NCBI GenBank assembly: GCA_028534125.1
Contig: CM052817.1
Location: 55,306,001-55,370,000, forward strand
Length of the DNA stretch: 64,000 nucleotides
Direction of reading: 5' to 3'
Source: Lama glama
Taxonomy: Eukaryota
How positions within the stretch are numbered: position 1 is the stretch's first letter; every line of letters begins with the position of its first letter. Below, piece by piece: positions 12,680 to 24,451 of this stretch. A program made the translations under genes and the position numbers. Below the pieces are notes generated by a model that was not told the origin of the DNA, did not search any database, and saw nothing but the letters and a program-made list of their open reading frames with translations.

Positions 12680-14512
12680 TTTAGATACAGTACCAAAGTA
12701 CTACCTGGAAAAAAAATAAAAGGTTGTACTTATTAAAATGGAAAACTTTTGCTCTGTGAAATACTGTCAGAAGAATCAAGAGACAAGCCATAGAATGGAA
12801 GAAAGTATTTGAAAAATACACATTTACTACTTGTATCCCCGGTATACAAAGAACTCTTAAAGCTCAACAATACAAAAACAAAGGACTCTGGAAAAATTGG
12901 CAAAAATCTGAACAGATATATCACCAAAGACAAGCATATAAAAGATATGTTCATGTATGAATGAAGCATTGTACTGTACATTAAAAATTGACACAACATT
13001 GTAAACTGACTATAGTTCAATAAATATATATATACAAAAAGGTACTCAATGTAATTTATAATTAGAGAATCACAACTTAAAACAACATGGCAACCAATGA
13101 ATGGCTAATATCAAACAGATTAATAATACCAATTACTGATGAGAATGCGGAGCAATAGAATATTTCATTCATTGGTGGTAATTCCAAATGGTAGAGCCAC
13201 TTTGAATGACATAACAGTTTCTTATAAAGCTAAACAGTCTTGCCACATGAACCAGTAGTTGCTCTCCCACATATTTATCCAATCATTTGACAATGTACAT
13301 ACACGTGAAAATCTGCACATGAATATCAATATCAACTTCATTCATAATTACCAAAAACTGAAAGAAACCAGTAAGTCTTTCCATAAGTGAGTGGATAAAA
13401 AATCCCTTCACATGACATTCTAGTAATGAGGAAACTAGAGAGACAGTAGACAGATTGGTGGTTGCCAGTAAAAAGAGGTTAGGGTTAAATATGAGAAGCA
13501 CAGGAGATTCTTTTAGGGCAACAAATAAGTGACACTATTTATTGTCAAAACGTTTACAACTTTAGAACATAAAGACTGAAGTTTAAAGTGTGGAAATTTA
13601 CCAAATAATGAATTAGGATTTGGGGAATATCCCAGTTTGGAGTGAAAAGAATGACCAACAATCTGACCATTTTATATGTATGAAATAGCCACACTAAAGA
13701 GGTTGGGGGGAAAGGTGCTAAATTAGATCATTTTAAAAATGAGAGAGGTTTTTAAGTCTCTACTTGATAAAAATGTTTCCAATGGTTTATTGATTCTGAT
13801 ACTGCTACTCATGTATACAGGATATATGTGTACCGGATTTGAACAATAAATAACTGAATGGCAGATGGTTAGGCTTTGGTCTCTCACTGCTAGAGTGGGA
13901 GTTTGCAGATAAGAAATGAGAGGGTGACCCATGGCGTAATGAAAAGGAGTTGGAAATATCTAGGAAATCATGTTTAACTTAATATGGATACAGATGGTTA
14001 CACATAGAAATACCTGTTGATTGTGAATGTACATAGATTAGTATACACATATATTTCCTTGCTCTGTCAGCTGAGATGTTTTAGAAGCAACAACACTGCA
14101 GTAGCAATAAACACATCTAGAGCCCCAGATCTTGGTTTCTAATAACATTCTCCAATAGAAGGAGAAATGGATAATTTGAGGAGCAAAGCAGGAAATATAC
14201 ATGAGTATTCTGGAGTATCTCTCAGTTCCAGAAAATAAGATAGTGTTCAAACAACAAAAATGAAAACTCTTTGTTGGTGTGGATATGCCAAAGGGATGCA
14301 GAAACCAGCTGAAAGAGCTCTTAAGGTCAAAGCTGGAACAGTTTGAGCAACAAAATGAATAAAGTGGTATTGGATTATAACTCAAGTATAAAATAAATAC
14401 TTATGAATCCACACTGATATAAATGGCCAATTTAAAAAATAAATAGAGCAAAAGAAACAAATCTCACATGTGGGAGAATTCCAAGAAACTTATGTAGCTA
14501 TCTGCCCTCAAG
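12680..14512 (+). mobile_element. Old L1 (L1MC/MD-like) ORF2 end and 3'UTR
   Basis: aaaacttttgctctgtgaaa...agacaagccatagaatggaagaaagtatttg; later tcttggtttctaataacattctccaata and ctcttaaggtcaaagctggaacagtttgagcaac. Confidence 0.8.
12944..13038 (+). mobile_element. Short young L1 3'-end insertion nested in an old L1
   Basis: atgttcatgtatgaatgaagcattgtactgtacattaaaaattgacacaacattgtaaactgactatagttcaataaa; imperfect flanking repeat aaaagatat / aaaaggtac. Confidence 0.82.
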
Positions 14513-15182
14513 TTGGAAATACGAGTTTCGCTGCGAATTTTAGTCTCCTTGGTCAGAGAATTGGGCGGGTGTTAAGGGACCATATTTAGAAGAGAAAGTG
14601 CCTGAAGGCTCCCATGTGAGAACAAGTTTCAGTCTCTGACTTCATAGAGGAAACCTCCAGGGGTCACTGAAAGCTCTTATTAGCTTTTAACTCCTCGCAG
14701 AGACCCGTCCTAATATGAAAGTCAGAGGAATCCAAATTTAAGAAAGATTATTCCAGTGCTTTGCTGGTAAATGCTTTACAAATGGCTCCTCAAAGGAAAA
14801 AAATTACATGTTTACTATAAGTTTTATTACTTTCAGTACTGTATAAAACAAAATTTACAAATAAAACTGAAATATACAACACTTCATTATAAATTCCAGA
14901 TAGCCAATGGATACACAGAAGAATATCATAGAATGTTTTTGTTCACTTTTGAAATACTCTCCTTATCCATAGCCAGTCTTTGGTTGCATTCTAATATTTT
15001 TTGTTTGTTGACATTTTTGTTTACATTTATAAAAATGACAAAAGTGAAGCAATAAAACCATATGTTGGAAACACACTCATTTGTCATTGCAGTGAGTGTT
15101 TTGTTTAATTGGATAATTGTTTTTGAATACTGGAAGTATATTTCTTTTTTGGGAAGGGGTACTATTAATAAAATAATAACTG

Positions 15183-15264
15183 ATGCAACATTGTAAACTG
15201 ACTATACTTCAATAAAAGTAAGTAAATAAATAAATAAAATTTTGCCTTATTGCAAAAAGAAAAA
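15183..15264 (+). mobile_element. Ultra-short L1 3' terminus with double A-tail
   Basis: caacattgtaaactgactatacttcaataaa, then (TAAA)n, ttttgccttattgc and an A-tract. TSD aataaaataataactg (15167-15182) / aataaaataataattg (15265-15280). Confidence 0.85.
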
Positions 15265-15384
15265 AATAAAATAATAATTGCAGAGAGCATACTTTAAAGT
15301 TTACTCCACATTATTAACATTTTCCATCATAGTCTGAACAATCAACAAAATAATATATTACATTTTAAAATGTAATGTTTGCTT

Positions 15385-15708
15385 ACTTCCGTGGTTTAAA
15401 TACTCCCAACCATGGCCAAAGAGACATTCTTCAGTGCATAACTGGGAAGCTATAAGCAGTTACACAGCATCATATAACATTTGAAGTATGCTGATACAGT
15501 AGAGGTAAATAATCTCACAAACATAAATATTAATAAAATATGGAAGTGAGGAGTTTTGAGTACTTAGTGTTTGTTTCAGTATAATCTATTTAACTGTAAG
15601 TTTACAGGATTGGATTTTTAATAGTTTTTGTTATGACTACCATCTTTTATATTGCCTGAAAAAATACAACAGTTCACTCTCTCACGCTGGCTCTAGTTCT
15701 CTTCACTG
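15385..15708. mobile_element. hAT-Blackjack MITE (MER63-like)
   Basis: aaatactcccaaccatggcc...gagttttgagtactt...tataatctatttaactgtaagttt...cctgaaaaaatacaac...cactg. Confidence 0.65.
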
Positions 15709-16034
15709 GCTCAAACAGGAGTGTGAGCCTATTTGATTCTTTTTTTTCAATTTTGGTTTGAGTTTAGATCATTTTTATTATTTTATTAATTTTATTTCCA
15801 GAATCCAAGTCAACATATCCTAAGCATTCTGCTTAAAGAATGGAACATTGAGCCTTATTTTCACATCTAACTTTATTGCCTGTTTCTACATCTAGCCTTA
15901 TTGTAATAAATTGGTAAAGAGTGATTGTCCATATTTCCTCAGCCCATTCATAATTTGAACTCACCAAACAACTAGGTCAGTCACCTTCCTTGACCTTGAC
16001 TTGACCTTGGTATTGATAAAATGTGGCTTTTACT

Positions 16035-17500
16035 TATTTTTTTATTGAGTAAAATTAATATAACAAAAATGAACTATTAAGTATTTTAAAGTATATAATA
16101 CAGTACTGTTTAGTACACAGTGTTTGCAATCATCACCTCTGTACAGTTCCAAGATATTTTTATCACCCCATGAGGAAGCCCTGTACCTGTTAAGCAGTCA
16201 TTTCCATTCCTCTCTCCCCCTAGTCACTGACAACTACTAGTCAACCATCTATATCTATCAGTTTACCTATTCAAGATATTTTATGTCAATTAAACCATAC
16301 AATATGTGAACCTTTTTATCTGACTTCTTTCATTGGCTTTAATGTTTTTGAGACTTACTGACATTGAAACATGTAGCAGTATTTAACTCTGTTTTATGGC
16401 TGAATGATATTTCATAGTTTGGATATACAGCATTTTATCTATTCATCTGTTGATGGACATTAAGATTATTCTCACTTTTTGGCTATTGTAAATAGTGTTG
16501 TTATAAACACTTGTGTAAAATATTTGTTTGAATACTTGTTTTCAGTCCCCTTGGTTATAAATGTAAGAGTAAAATTCTTGGGTCATATGGTAATTTTATG
16601 TTTAACTTTTTGAAAAGCTGCCAAGTGTTTTCCATTGTGATTATACCATTTTATATACCCAACAATGTCTTGTAAGGATTCCACTTTCTTCACATCCCAA
16701 TATTTATTTTCCAATTTTGTTTTGTCTTGTTTTGAAATTATAGCAATCCTTACCAGTGTAAAATGGTATCTGAGTGAGGTTTTGATTGCACTTTCCTAAT
16801 AACCAATGATTTTGGACATCTTTCGTGTGCTTGTTTGCAATTTGTACATCTTTTGGGGTGCTGTCTATGCAAGTTTTTTGCCTGTTTTCAAGTGGGCTGT
16901 TTGTTTTGTTGTTGAGTTATAAGAGTTCTTTTATATTTTTGGACTTTAGACTTTTACCAGTTGTATGACTTGTAGTATTTTCTTCCATTCTTTTGGTTGT
17001 CTTTTCACTTTCTTAATGGGGTCATTTTAAGCCCAGTTTTGCTTTCAATTTTTACGAAGTCCAATTTTTCTATTTTTTTTTCTTGCTGCTTGTGTTTTGG
17101 TGTCATGTCTAAGAATACTTTGCTAAATCCTAGGTCATTAAGATATACTCGTATATTTCCTTATTTCTTTCTAAGGGTTTTATAGTTTTGGTTCTCACAT
17201 TTAAGTCTTTCTTACATTTTGATTAGTTTTTGTATGCCATATGAGGTCTGACTTTTATTTTGCTAGCTTTGGATTTATCTTTTCTTTTTCTAATTCCTTA
17301 AGCTGTGTATTTAAGTTACTGATTTAGAGTCTTTTTTTCTTTTTTTTAATATAAGCATTTAAAACTCTAAATTTACAAATGAGACTTGCTTTCACTGCGC
17401 CTTATATGTTTTGGTGTGTTGTGTTTTTGTTTTTATTTATCAGTGTATTTTCTAATCTCCCTTGTAATTTCTTCTTTGATCAGTTGGTTGTTTAAGATTG
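16035..17500 (-). mobile_element. L1MB-like 3' end plus ORF2 fragments
   Basis: T-rich tail at 16036, then canonical antisense L1 3'UTR/ORF2 (attcatctgttgatggacatt, gggtcatatggtaattttatgtttaac, ttttggtgtcatgtctaagaa). Confidence 0.88.
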
Positions 17501-17769
17501 TGTCCCAAATGTTTCCCAAGCTTATTCCAAGTGCTATTTCTTGCCCCAGGCTGCTATAACCAATAGCTGTTAGCCCCAATGCTTCTGGCAAAAGCCACTG
17601 GAGAAGTCATCCCAGCCCGAGGAATGATTCAAGTCAAATGAAACGAATACTACATACTGGTCCTTGAGGGAGATGACAGATGTATGGAGACCCACAACCA
17701 CAGTTCTTTGAGAATAAGGTCCATATTTTCTCCAGTTCTTCCAATCTATACTAGAAGTACAGATGCTGA

Positions 17770-18190
17770 TTTTGAATTTTTTGAGGAACCTCCATACTGC
17801 TTTCCATATTGCCTTCAGCAGATTACCAACAATGCACAAGATTTCTCTTTTCTTCACATTTTTGCCAACACTTGTTATTTCTTGTCTTTTTGATGATAAC
17901 CATTCTGACAGGTGTGAGGTGATATCTCATTATGGTTTTGATTTGCATTTTCCTGATGATTAGTGATGTTGAGCATCTTTTCATGTACCTGTTAGCCATC
18001 TGTATGTCTTCTTTGGAAAATGTCTATTTAGGTCTTCTGCCCATTTTTTAATCAGATTATTTAATTTATTTATTTTGGCTTTGAGTCATGTGAGTTTCTT
18101 ATATATCTTGGAAATTAACTCCCTACCAGATATATGATTTGCAAATATTTTCTCCTATTTTGCAGTTTAGCTTTTCATCTCATTAGTTGC
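17770..18190 (-). mobile_element. L1 ORF2 C-terminal fragment (L1MA-like)
   Basis: ttttttgaggaacctccatactg...ccattctgacaggtgtgaggtgatatctcatt; the antisense translation includes [10 protein letters not shown]. Confidence 0.88.
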
Positions 18191-18302
18191 TTTGGAGGAG
18201 AGATGAGTGGGATTCCTTACTTTGCCATTTTCAGTGACATCACTCATAGAAGTTCTTGATACTAAGTCGAATTTCTGAATTTGTGTATTTCCACTCATTT
18301 GT

Positions 18303-18360
18303 CTCCTCTCCCTCTCTCTCTCTCTACCTCTCTCTCTCTACCTCTCTCTCTCTCTCTCTC
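18303..18360. repeat. (CT)n compound microsatellite
   Basis: CT runs interrupted twice by tacc. Confidence 0.95.
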
Positions 18361-21004
18361 ATTCAGTTATGGACCTGGAAAGCTGAGAAAAACACATTAT
18401 TTTGGTTTGTTTATAAAGGAACTATTCAAAAGTCAAAATGCAAAACAGTTGGAAAAGAAATACTTGAGGGCTATATTTATATTTTTAGGAATATGCCCCA
18501 GCCACAAATAAATGCGCAAGATAAGCTAGGTGTAAGGATTTCAGCAGAAAGTGAGAAGGTAAATTACTTCTAAAATTATTCAACACCCGGGAATGTAACG
18601 TTAGTCTTCTCTCCTTGCAAATGGCAATATAAGATAGTTAATTTTTGAAGCAAACAAATCACCTTAATTGAACACAGTTTTCATTTTAAAACAAGTTGTA
18701 GAGCTTAAGGCTGAAGTCCTCCAGAGAAAATAGCCCTATGATTTATATCAGCACTGCTAAAACTCAAAGCAATTTGTGAGGTTGCATATGAATAATGCAG
18801 GGTGAGAGCAGCACAGGAGGAAACCATTGAAAGAAAGTAAATGAAGTTCCTTTAAAATGGAATATATAGGAAACCATTTAATTTGAATTATTCACCAACA
18901 CTAGTGATATTACAGGAATAACCATATATCAGTGAATATTTCCATTTTTTAAGATGGGGTTATGCCGTTCCTTTTAGATATTGAAAAAAAAAAAATCCCA
19001 GCAGCCAGGAATGGAAAAGAGAATCAGATGTGCGTTAGAGCCTATGAATATGCAGGAAAGTGCTGGTGTTCATCTGAAAAGGGAAGAGTGGCCTGTAGAA
19101 CTTGAGACACACAGCGGTGGCTGTTGACTCAAGATCCACAGAGGCAGTTTCTGCCAGCTTGAGAGGGTGTCAAATGACCAGCAGAAAAAGCACCTTTTAG
19201 ATACGCTTTAACTATTGCTGATTCTAATGATAAGTTGTATGCTCTGGAGAAATTCCAAGTGCCTGGGTAGTATCTTGATTCCTTTATGTGTGGAAAAAGA
19301 ACATACATTGCTTCTTTTTTTCTTTTACACAATCTTAATGCTATACTGTTGAGTAGTTTAATATAGAATTATTTCAGAAGAGTCAAATAACCAAGTAAAA
19401 AGGTAGATTGTTCCATAATGTGGTAATAACTGCATACTTAAAATAACATATAAAGTGTTTGCTGTTTATTCCATTGAAATCAAGTACAATTATGAAAACT
19501 TATCAATTTTAATATCACTGAATCCTGTTTAATGTTGCATATTATTTTTAGCCTTAGCAGTTCCTTACTTATATACCTACTTATGAGTATTGACACTGCT
19601 TTAGAATCATAGAGATGAGAAGCCATCATGTCTATAGATGTTTGAAATCAATAGTCATTTAAAGTTAGTAGTATAAGGGTTCTAAATGATCTGGGAAAAC
19701 TGCCAGCTGACCAACATTAAAGTAAATGACTAGACTTGATCGTTGTATGGAATGTATCTAACTAGAACTCAAGTAGCCATGACTAAAATCATTTAATTCG
19801 AAGAGATGCTAGAACATGCTTTGTAAGGAGTTTTGGACACAGCTTCAAACCATCCAGTTTAGCTGAATATTTCTGGAAATCAATTACTGCTGAGAGGCCA
19901 TAATGTCATGTAGTTGAAAAATACAACTGTAAAAAAGTATTATATTCCTTTGAGCAGTATCATAAAGATAACATGAATTTATATATTGTGATTAAATGAT
20001 AGAGTGAAATGAAGATTATTCAACTCCTTCAATTAGATGGTGCTTTAATATTCAAACCAAACCAATATTTGATTTGATTCCAGTGAACACAGCTGATCAA
20101 TAAAGATAAAATTCTTTCACTCTGCTTGTAAAAGTCTGGTCTGTTAGGATATCTAATTTGATTTGGCTGCTATTAGCATCAGCTTTGATTTTAGGCATGC
20201 CTTGTGATTAGCAAAGGTTTGGTGAGCATTCTGTATGAGAACTTCTTTCTCATGTTCATGTTTTTAGATCTCTATGTATGTCATGGTACACCTGAAAATT
20301 CTCTAGAAACTATATTTTGTTGACTTGAACCTGGACGTTTGGAAGTGGGGTGGAGCATAGGGGTAGGGTATTGGGGGCAATTTTTAAAGACTAAAAGGAC
20401 TGTTATATTTCAGGGCTTGCCAGAATGCTTTCTAATGATCTGAGAAGATTCTGGATTCTTTTAGATCCAGTTACAAAGACCTTCTCAACTATTATAAAAT
20501 TCTTTAAGCATCCAGTTTTTCTGAAAGTAACTCCAGTGCTCTGATAATTCCCATTAACATGAATGTCTCACATCTTTCTTTGTCCAGTGATACTCTTGAA
20601 TAGGTCACTTGTGAGATACAGTGACAATGATATTTTCACTCAGTTTTCATCAATTTGGTACTAGCATTAAAGCAAAACTCTACTAAGCCAATTGATTTTA
20701 GTATAGCTGTTTATCCTGGCAATTCCCAATCAGTTCTGTTTCCTCTTATGTTGAAATGCAAGCTGTCATGTTTAATGATAAGAATTTGAGAATATATTTA
20801 CACTTTTTTTCTACTTAGGCATAAAATGAGAGAGATTTCTTAAATAGGTAAGATTCTTCATCTGTGGTAGGATATATAATAAGCATAATCTTTATGTATA
20901 GTGTAGAAAAAACATTTTTATATACAAACATTATATATGAGTGGCAATTAAATTTATAAAATCATCTTCAAATATATAACCCATGATATCTGAATATGTC
21001 GTAA

Positions 21005-21225
21005 AAATTAAGAACCCAGGCATTGAAGGCAGATTGCCTGGGTTTAAATTCCAACTCCACAGCATACTGGCATATTGTTTTTATAATTCTATGAAAATCA
21101 CTGAATATGTATAAAATGTGATAATCACCATACTTAATCTTGGGGTCTTCATTGAGATGAAATAAAATGATCAGAGGCTGATGTGCTCACAACAAAATAA
21201 GTGCTCGAGAAATGTTAGATTTTAG
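21005..21225 (+). mobile_element. MIR SINE relic
   Basis: ttaagaacccaggcattgaaggcagattgcctgggtttaaattccaactccac...aataagtgctcgagaaatgttag. Confidence 0.65.
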
Positions 21226-21374
21226 CATTAGCTTCTGTTATTTCTGGCATTGAAAATATATAAATATTTTAAATTGAATTTTCAATAAGAATACTGATTT
21301 CCTAAATGCTTTGTTGGAAATTACTGAAAAGTTCTGCCTATGTTGTAATGAATCATCTTTATTTTATTGATTGC

Positions 21375-21800
21375 AGCCATACTTTCTGTTATCAACCATG
21401 GCGTAACTATCCAAAATTGAGTGAATTAGAACAGCCACCATTTGTTTTATTTTATGCATCTGCATTTTACTTGCATCATCTTGGTTGGACTCAGCTGGGC
21501 AGCCCTGCTTTACAGAAGCTGGGGTTCAACTGGCTTTAGCTCTTCACTGTGAGTTGGCCTTAGGTCTGTTCCATGTGAGTATATTCTGAGGCTCAAAATG
21601 AAGGGGGCGCTTCCTCCATGGCCAAAACAGTGTCACAAGTGCCCCACTGCACAGGCACAACTCAAACTTGTTTGAATCACATTTATTAATATCCAATTGG
21701 CTAAAGCAAGCATGTTGCCGAGTCCAACATGAGAGGGCAGGGACTGACACTTCTATAAAGGAAAGAAGGGCACTGCATATCTTTCAACAATGTTCTAATC
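21375..21800. mobile_element. Old MaLR LTR (MLT1I/J-like)
   Basis: ggactcagctgggcagcc...aggtctgttccatgtg...aatatccaattggctaaagcaag. Confidence 0.65.
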
Positions 21801-21874
21801 TCCTATACTCTCTTAATTTGAAAGCCAAATGATGGACCAATAAAAATTTGAACGTTGAAAAATCAATGTTCATA

Positions 21875-22241
21875 ATGACCTTTCTGAGTTGTTGGTTTTG
21901 GATTGGGATTTCTTGAGCCTCTGGTCCTGTGCTGAGATGCTTCGAAGTCTTAAGAATGTTTGGATCCCCATGAAGCCCTACTATACCCAAGTTTACCAGG
22001 AGATTTGGGGAGGCAGTGGGATGGATGGGTTCATTGTTTATAAAATCAGGAATGCTCATAAAAGAAGTAAAGACTTGAAAGCTTCCAGTCCTATGCCTGC
22101 TTGTGGTCACGATTAACTAGCTTTATGTGGATGGAACCTCAGTCTGGCTGTGTTGGATGGGAACATGGGATGTCACGTTGACTTGTGGATGTGCTGCTGC
22201 CCTCATGCATAAATAAACATACCTGTGAGATCAAACAAACA
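21875..22241 (+). pseudogene. ATP5MJ: Processed retrocopy of ATP synthase membrane subunit j / 6.8 kDa proteolipid (ATP5MJ = ATP5MPL, MP68, C14orf2); ORF 21937-22116 open
   Basis: [59 protein letters not shown] matches the recalled mammalian 6.8PL motifs [15 protein letters not shown] and [18 protein letters not shown]. Intronless, AATAAA at 22212-22217, A-rich tail from 22233, TSD aaaaatcaatgttcata (21858-21874) / aaaaaacagtgttcata (22242-22258). Confidence 0.95.
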
Positions 22242-22411
22242 AAAAAACAGTGTTCATAGCTAATAATGCAATTCAAATATTTATGAATTCCTAACATTTT
22301 ATAATCATTATCTCATAAATGTTCATATTGGTCCTTTCAGGAAAAGGAGATAAAATTGTGTACATTTTCTTTGCAACATTTAGTAAGTATTAGGAGAAAA
22401 ACTTAGGATCT

Positions 22412-22836
22412 CTGTTAGTCTGATCAGGCTGCCATAACAACATACCATAGACTAGGTGGCTTAAAATTTTTTTTAAATTTCTCACAGTTCTAGAGGTTGG
22501 AAGTCCAAGGTCAAGGAGTTGACAGAGTTGGTTTCTTCTGGGGCCTCTCTCCTTGACTTGCAGATGGCCATCGTCTTACGGTATCTTCACATGGTCATCC
22601 TTCTGTGTGCACATGTGACTTGATCTGTGTGTGTATCCAGATTGCCTCTTTTTATAAAAACACCAGTCATATTGGATTTGAGCCCACCCTGAAACAAATA
22701 AACAAGCAAAAACTTCATTTGAACTTAGTCATGTCGTTAAAGACCTTATCTCCAAATATAGTTACATTCTGAAGTACTGGGGGTAAGACTTCATTCAACA
22801 CATGAATTTGGGAGAGGCACAATTCAGTCCACAACA
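22412..22836. mobile_element. MaLR solo LTR (MLT1A/B-like)
   Basis: tgttagtctgatcaggctgccataacaacataccatagactaggtggctta...tcacagttctagaggttggaagtccaagg...cacaattcagtccacaaca. Confidence 0.9.
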
Positions 22837-23035
22837 GGCTTTATCAAAATGGACTTAAGATGTCAGGACATTTAAAGGGAAGAACCTCTTTGTTTAATAT
22901 TAAACACATTGAGACTAAGACAGAAGTATATATCCTAAGTGTCAGAGCAGTAAAGAGCCATGATGGTGGTGAGAACAGATTTGTGCTGATTCATGTACTG
23001 ATAATCAGATTTTTAAAAATACAAATGAATGCCAT

Positions 23036-23185
23036 TCTTGTGGTAGCTCACAGCGAAAAAAAATGTGACAATGAATATATGTATGTTCATGTATAACTGA
23101 AAAATTGTGCTCTACACTGAAATTTGACACAACATTGTAAAATGACTAACTCAATAAAAAAAGTTACAATAAATAAATAAATAAA
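23036..23185 (+). mobile_element. 5'-truncated young L1 3' end, same subfamily as the 1345-4498 element
   Basis: tcttgtggtagctcacagcgaaaaaaaatgtgacaatgaatatat...aatttgacacaacattgtaaaatgacta is near-identical to 4256-4378; (TAAA)n(TACA)n tail; degenerate TSD ending in ccatt on both sides. Confidence 0.9.
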
Positions 23186-23766
23186 TACATACATACATAC
23201 CATTAAAAATGAGTTAGAAAAATTAAGGAGGTTCTTATTAGAGCACAGACATTTGTGTTTATTATCTATTGAAAAGTGTCAATATTAGCATCATTACTTA
23301 AGTTATGCTCTTTTGAGACAGGCTGTTTACATCACTGACAATTGTTCTCAAAGTTTATTAACCTAAGTTTTCTTAGTTTCCAAAGACTTCTGGACAATAT
23401 AGCAGTTGCAATTTTTTAAACAAAATAAAGAAAAATAATGCTGCTTTCAGGTTTTTCCCTCCTACCTAGGATAATAAGGTCTTTCTCTTTAAACTATTTC
23501 ATTTATTATCCATTTTCTGACTGTAATGTTTTAAATATATTACTGAATCCATTTGTACTTAGACAGTGATCTCTAGGGGTGACCTCAGATGCCCTATCAC
23601 TCAACATATGCCTAACTTTCTGACGTTCTGAATTTTTTCCAAGGTTTTGAATATTTTAAAATGTAACTGCTGTGTGAAACTTGTGGATTTTCTTCTCTCG
23701 TTTTCTTTTTCTGAATGGAGAGCTTGTGTTTCCAGGTCTTTTCTATATACACGTCACAAAAATAAT

Positions 23767-23950
23767 TTTCTCTCCCTCTCCCCATTCTTCTTTCCTTTAT
23801 TCCTCCTTTCCCTCCTGCCTCTCTCCCTCCCACTCTGTCCCTCTCCCTTCCTCACTCTCTTTTTTCTCTTTACTCTCTCTTTTCCCTCTCTCTCTCTCCC
23901 TCCCTTCTTTCCTCCCTTCCTTCCTTCCTCCTCTCTCTACTCTTTTTTCC
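23767..23950. repeat. CT-rich low-complexity polypyrimidine tract
   Basis: About 180 bp almost entirely C/T. Confidence 0.92.
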
Positions 23951-23961
23951 ATCTGTCTCTA

Positions 23962-24451
23962 CAGATCTTCCTCAATTTGCTGTGGGGTTAAGTCCCCATA
24001 AAGCCCTCATAAGTTGAAAATATCAAGTCAAAAATGCATTTAACATACATAATCTACTAAACACCGTAGCTCAGTACAATTTACCATAAACATGCTCAGA
24101 ACACTTAGATTAGCCTACAGTTAGGCAATCTAACACAAAGCCTATTTTACAACAAAATGTTGAATATCTCCTGTAATATGTTGAATACTGTACTGACGGT
24201 GAGAAACAGAATGGTTGTGTGGATACAGAATTGTTCTGAGTGTATTTGTTGTTTATGTTTGTGATCACGTGGCTGACTGAGTGCTGTGACTCACTGCCTC
24301 TGTCCAGCATCACAAGGAGAGAGTATTAAACTGTGTATTGCTAGCCTAGGAAAAAAATCAAAGTTTAAAATTTGTAGTACAAGTATAACTTCCACATCAT
24401 CATGAAGCCAAAAACTCATAAATCAAACCATTGTAATTCAGGGGCCATCTA
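23962..24451. mobile_element. Tigger5-derived MITE (MER47-like)
   Basis: ta|cagatcttcctcaattt...aagttgaaaatatc...tgctcagaacacttagattagcctacagtt...ggggccatcta|ta. Confidence 0.85.

Noticed and set aside
17570..17760. Faint likeness of the minus-strand translation (IDWKNWRK...RTVVV...SVISL) to ribosomal protein SA/uS2
   Set aside because: Only scattered identities, far below what a retrocopy of such a conserved gene would show.
23612..24001. Leu/Ser/Phe/Pro-rich ORFs
   Set aside because: Artefacts of the CT-rich low-complexity tract.
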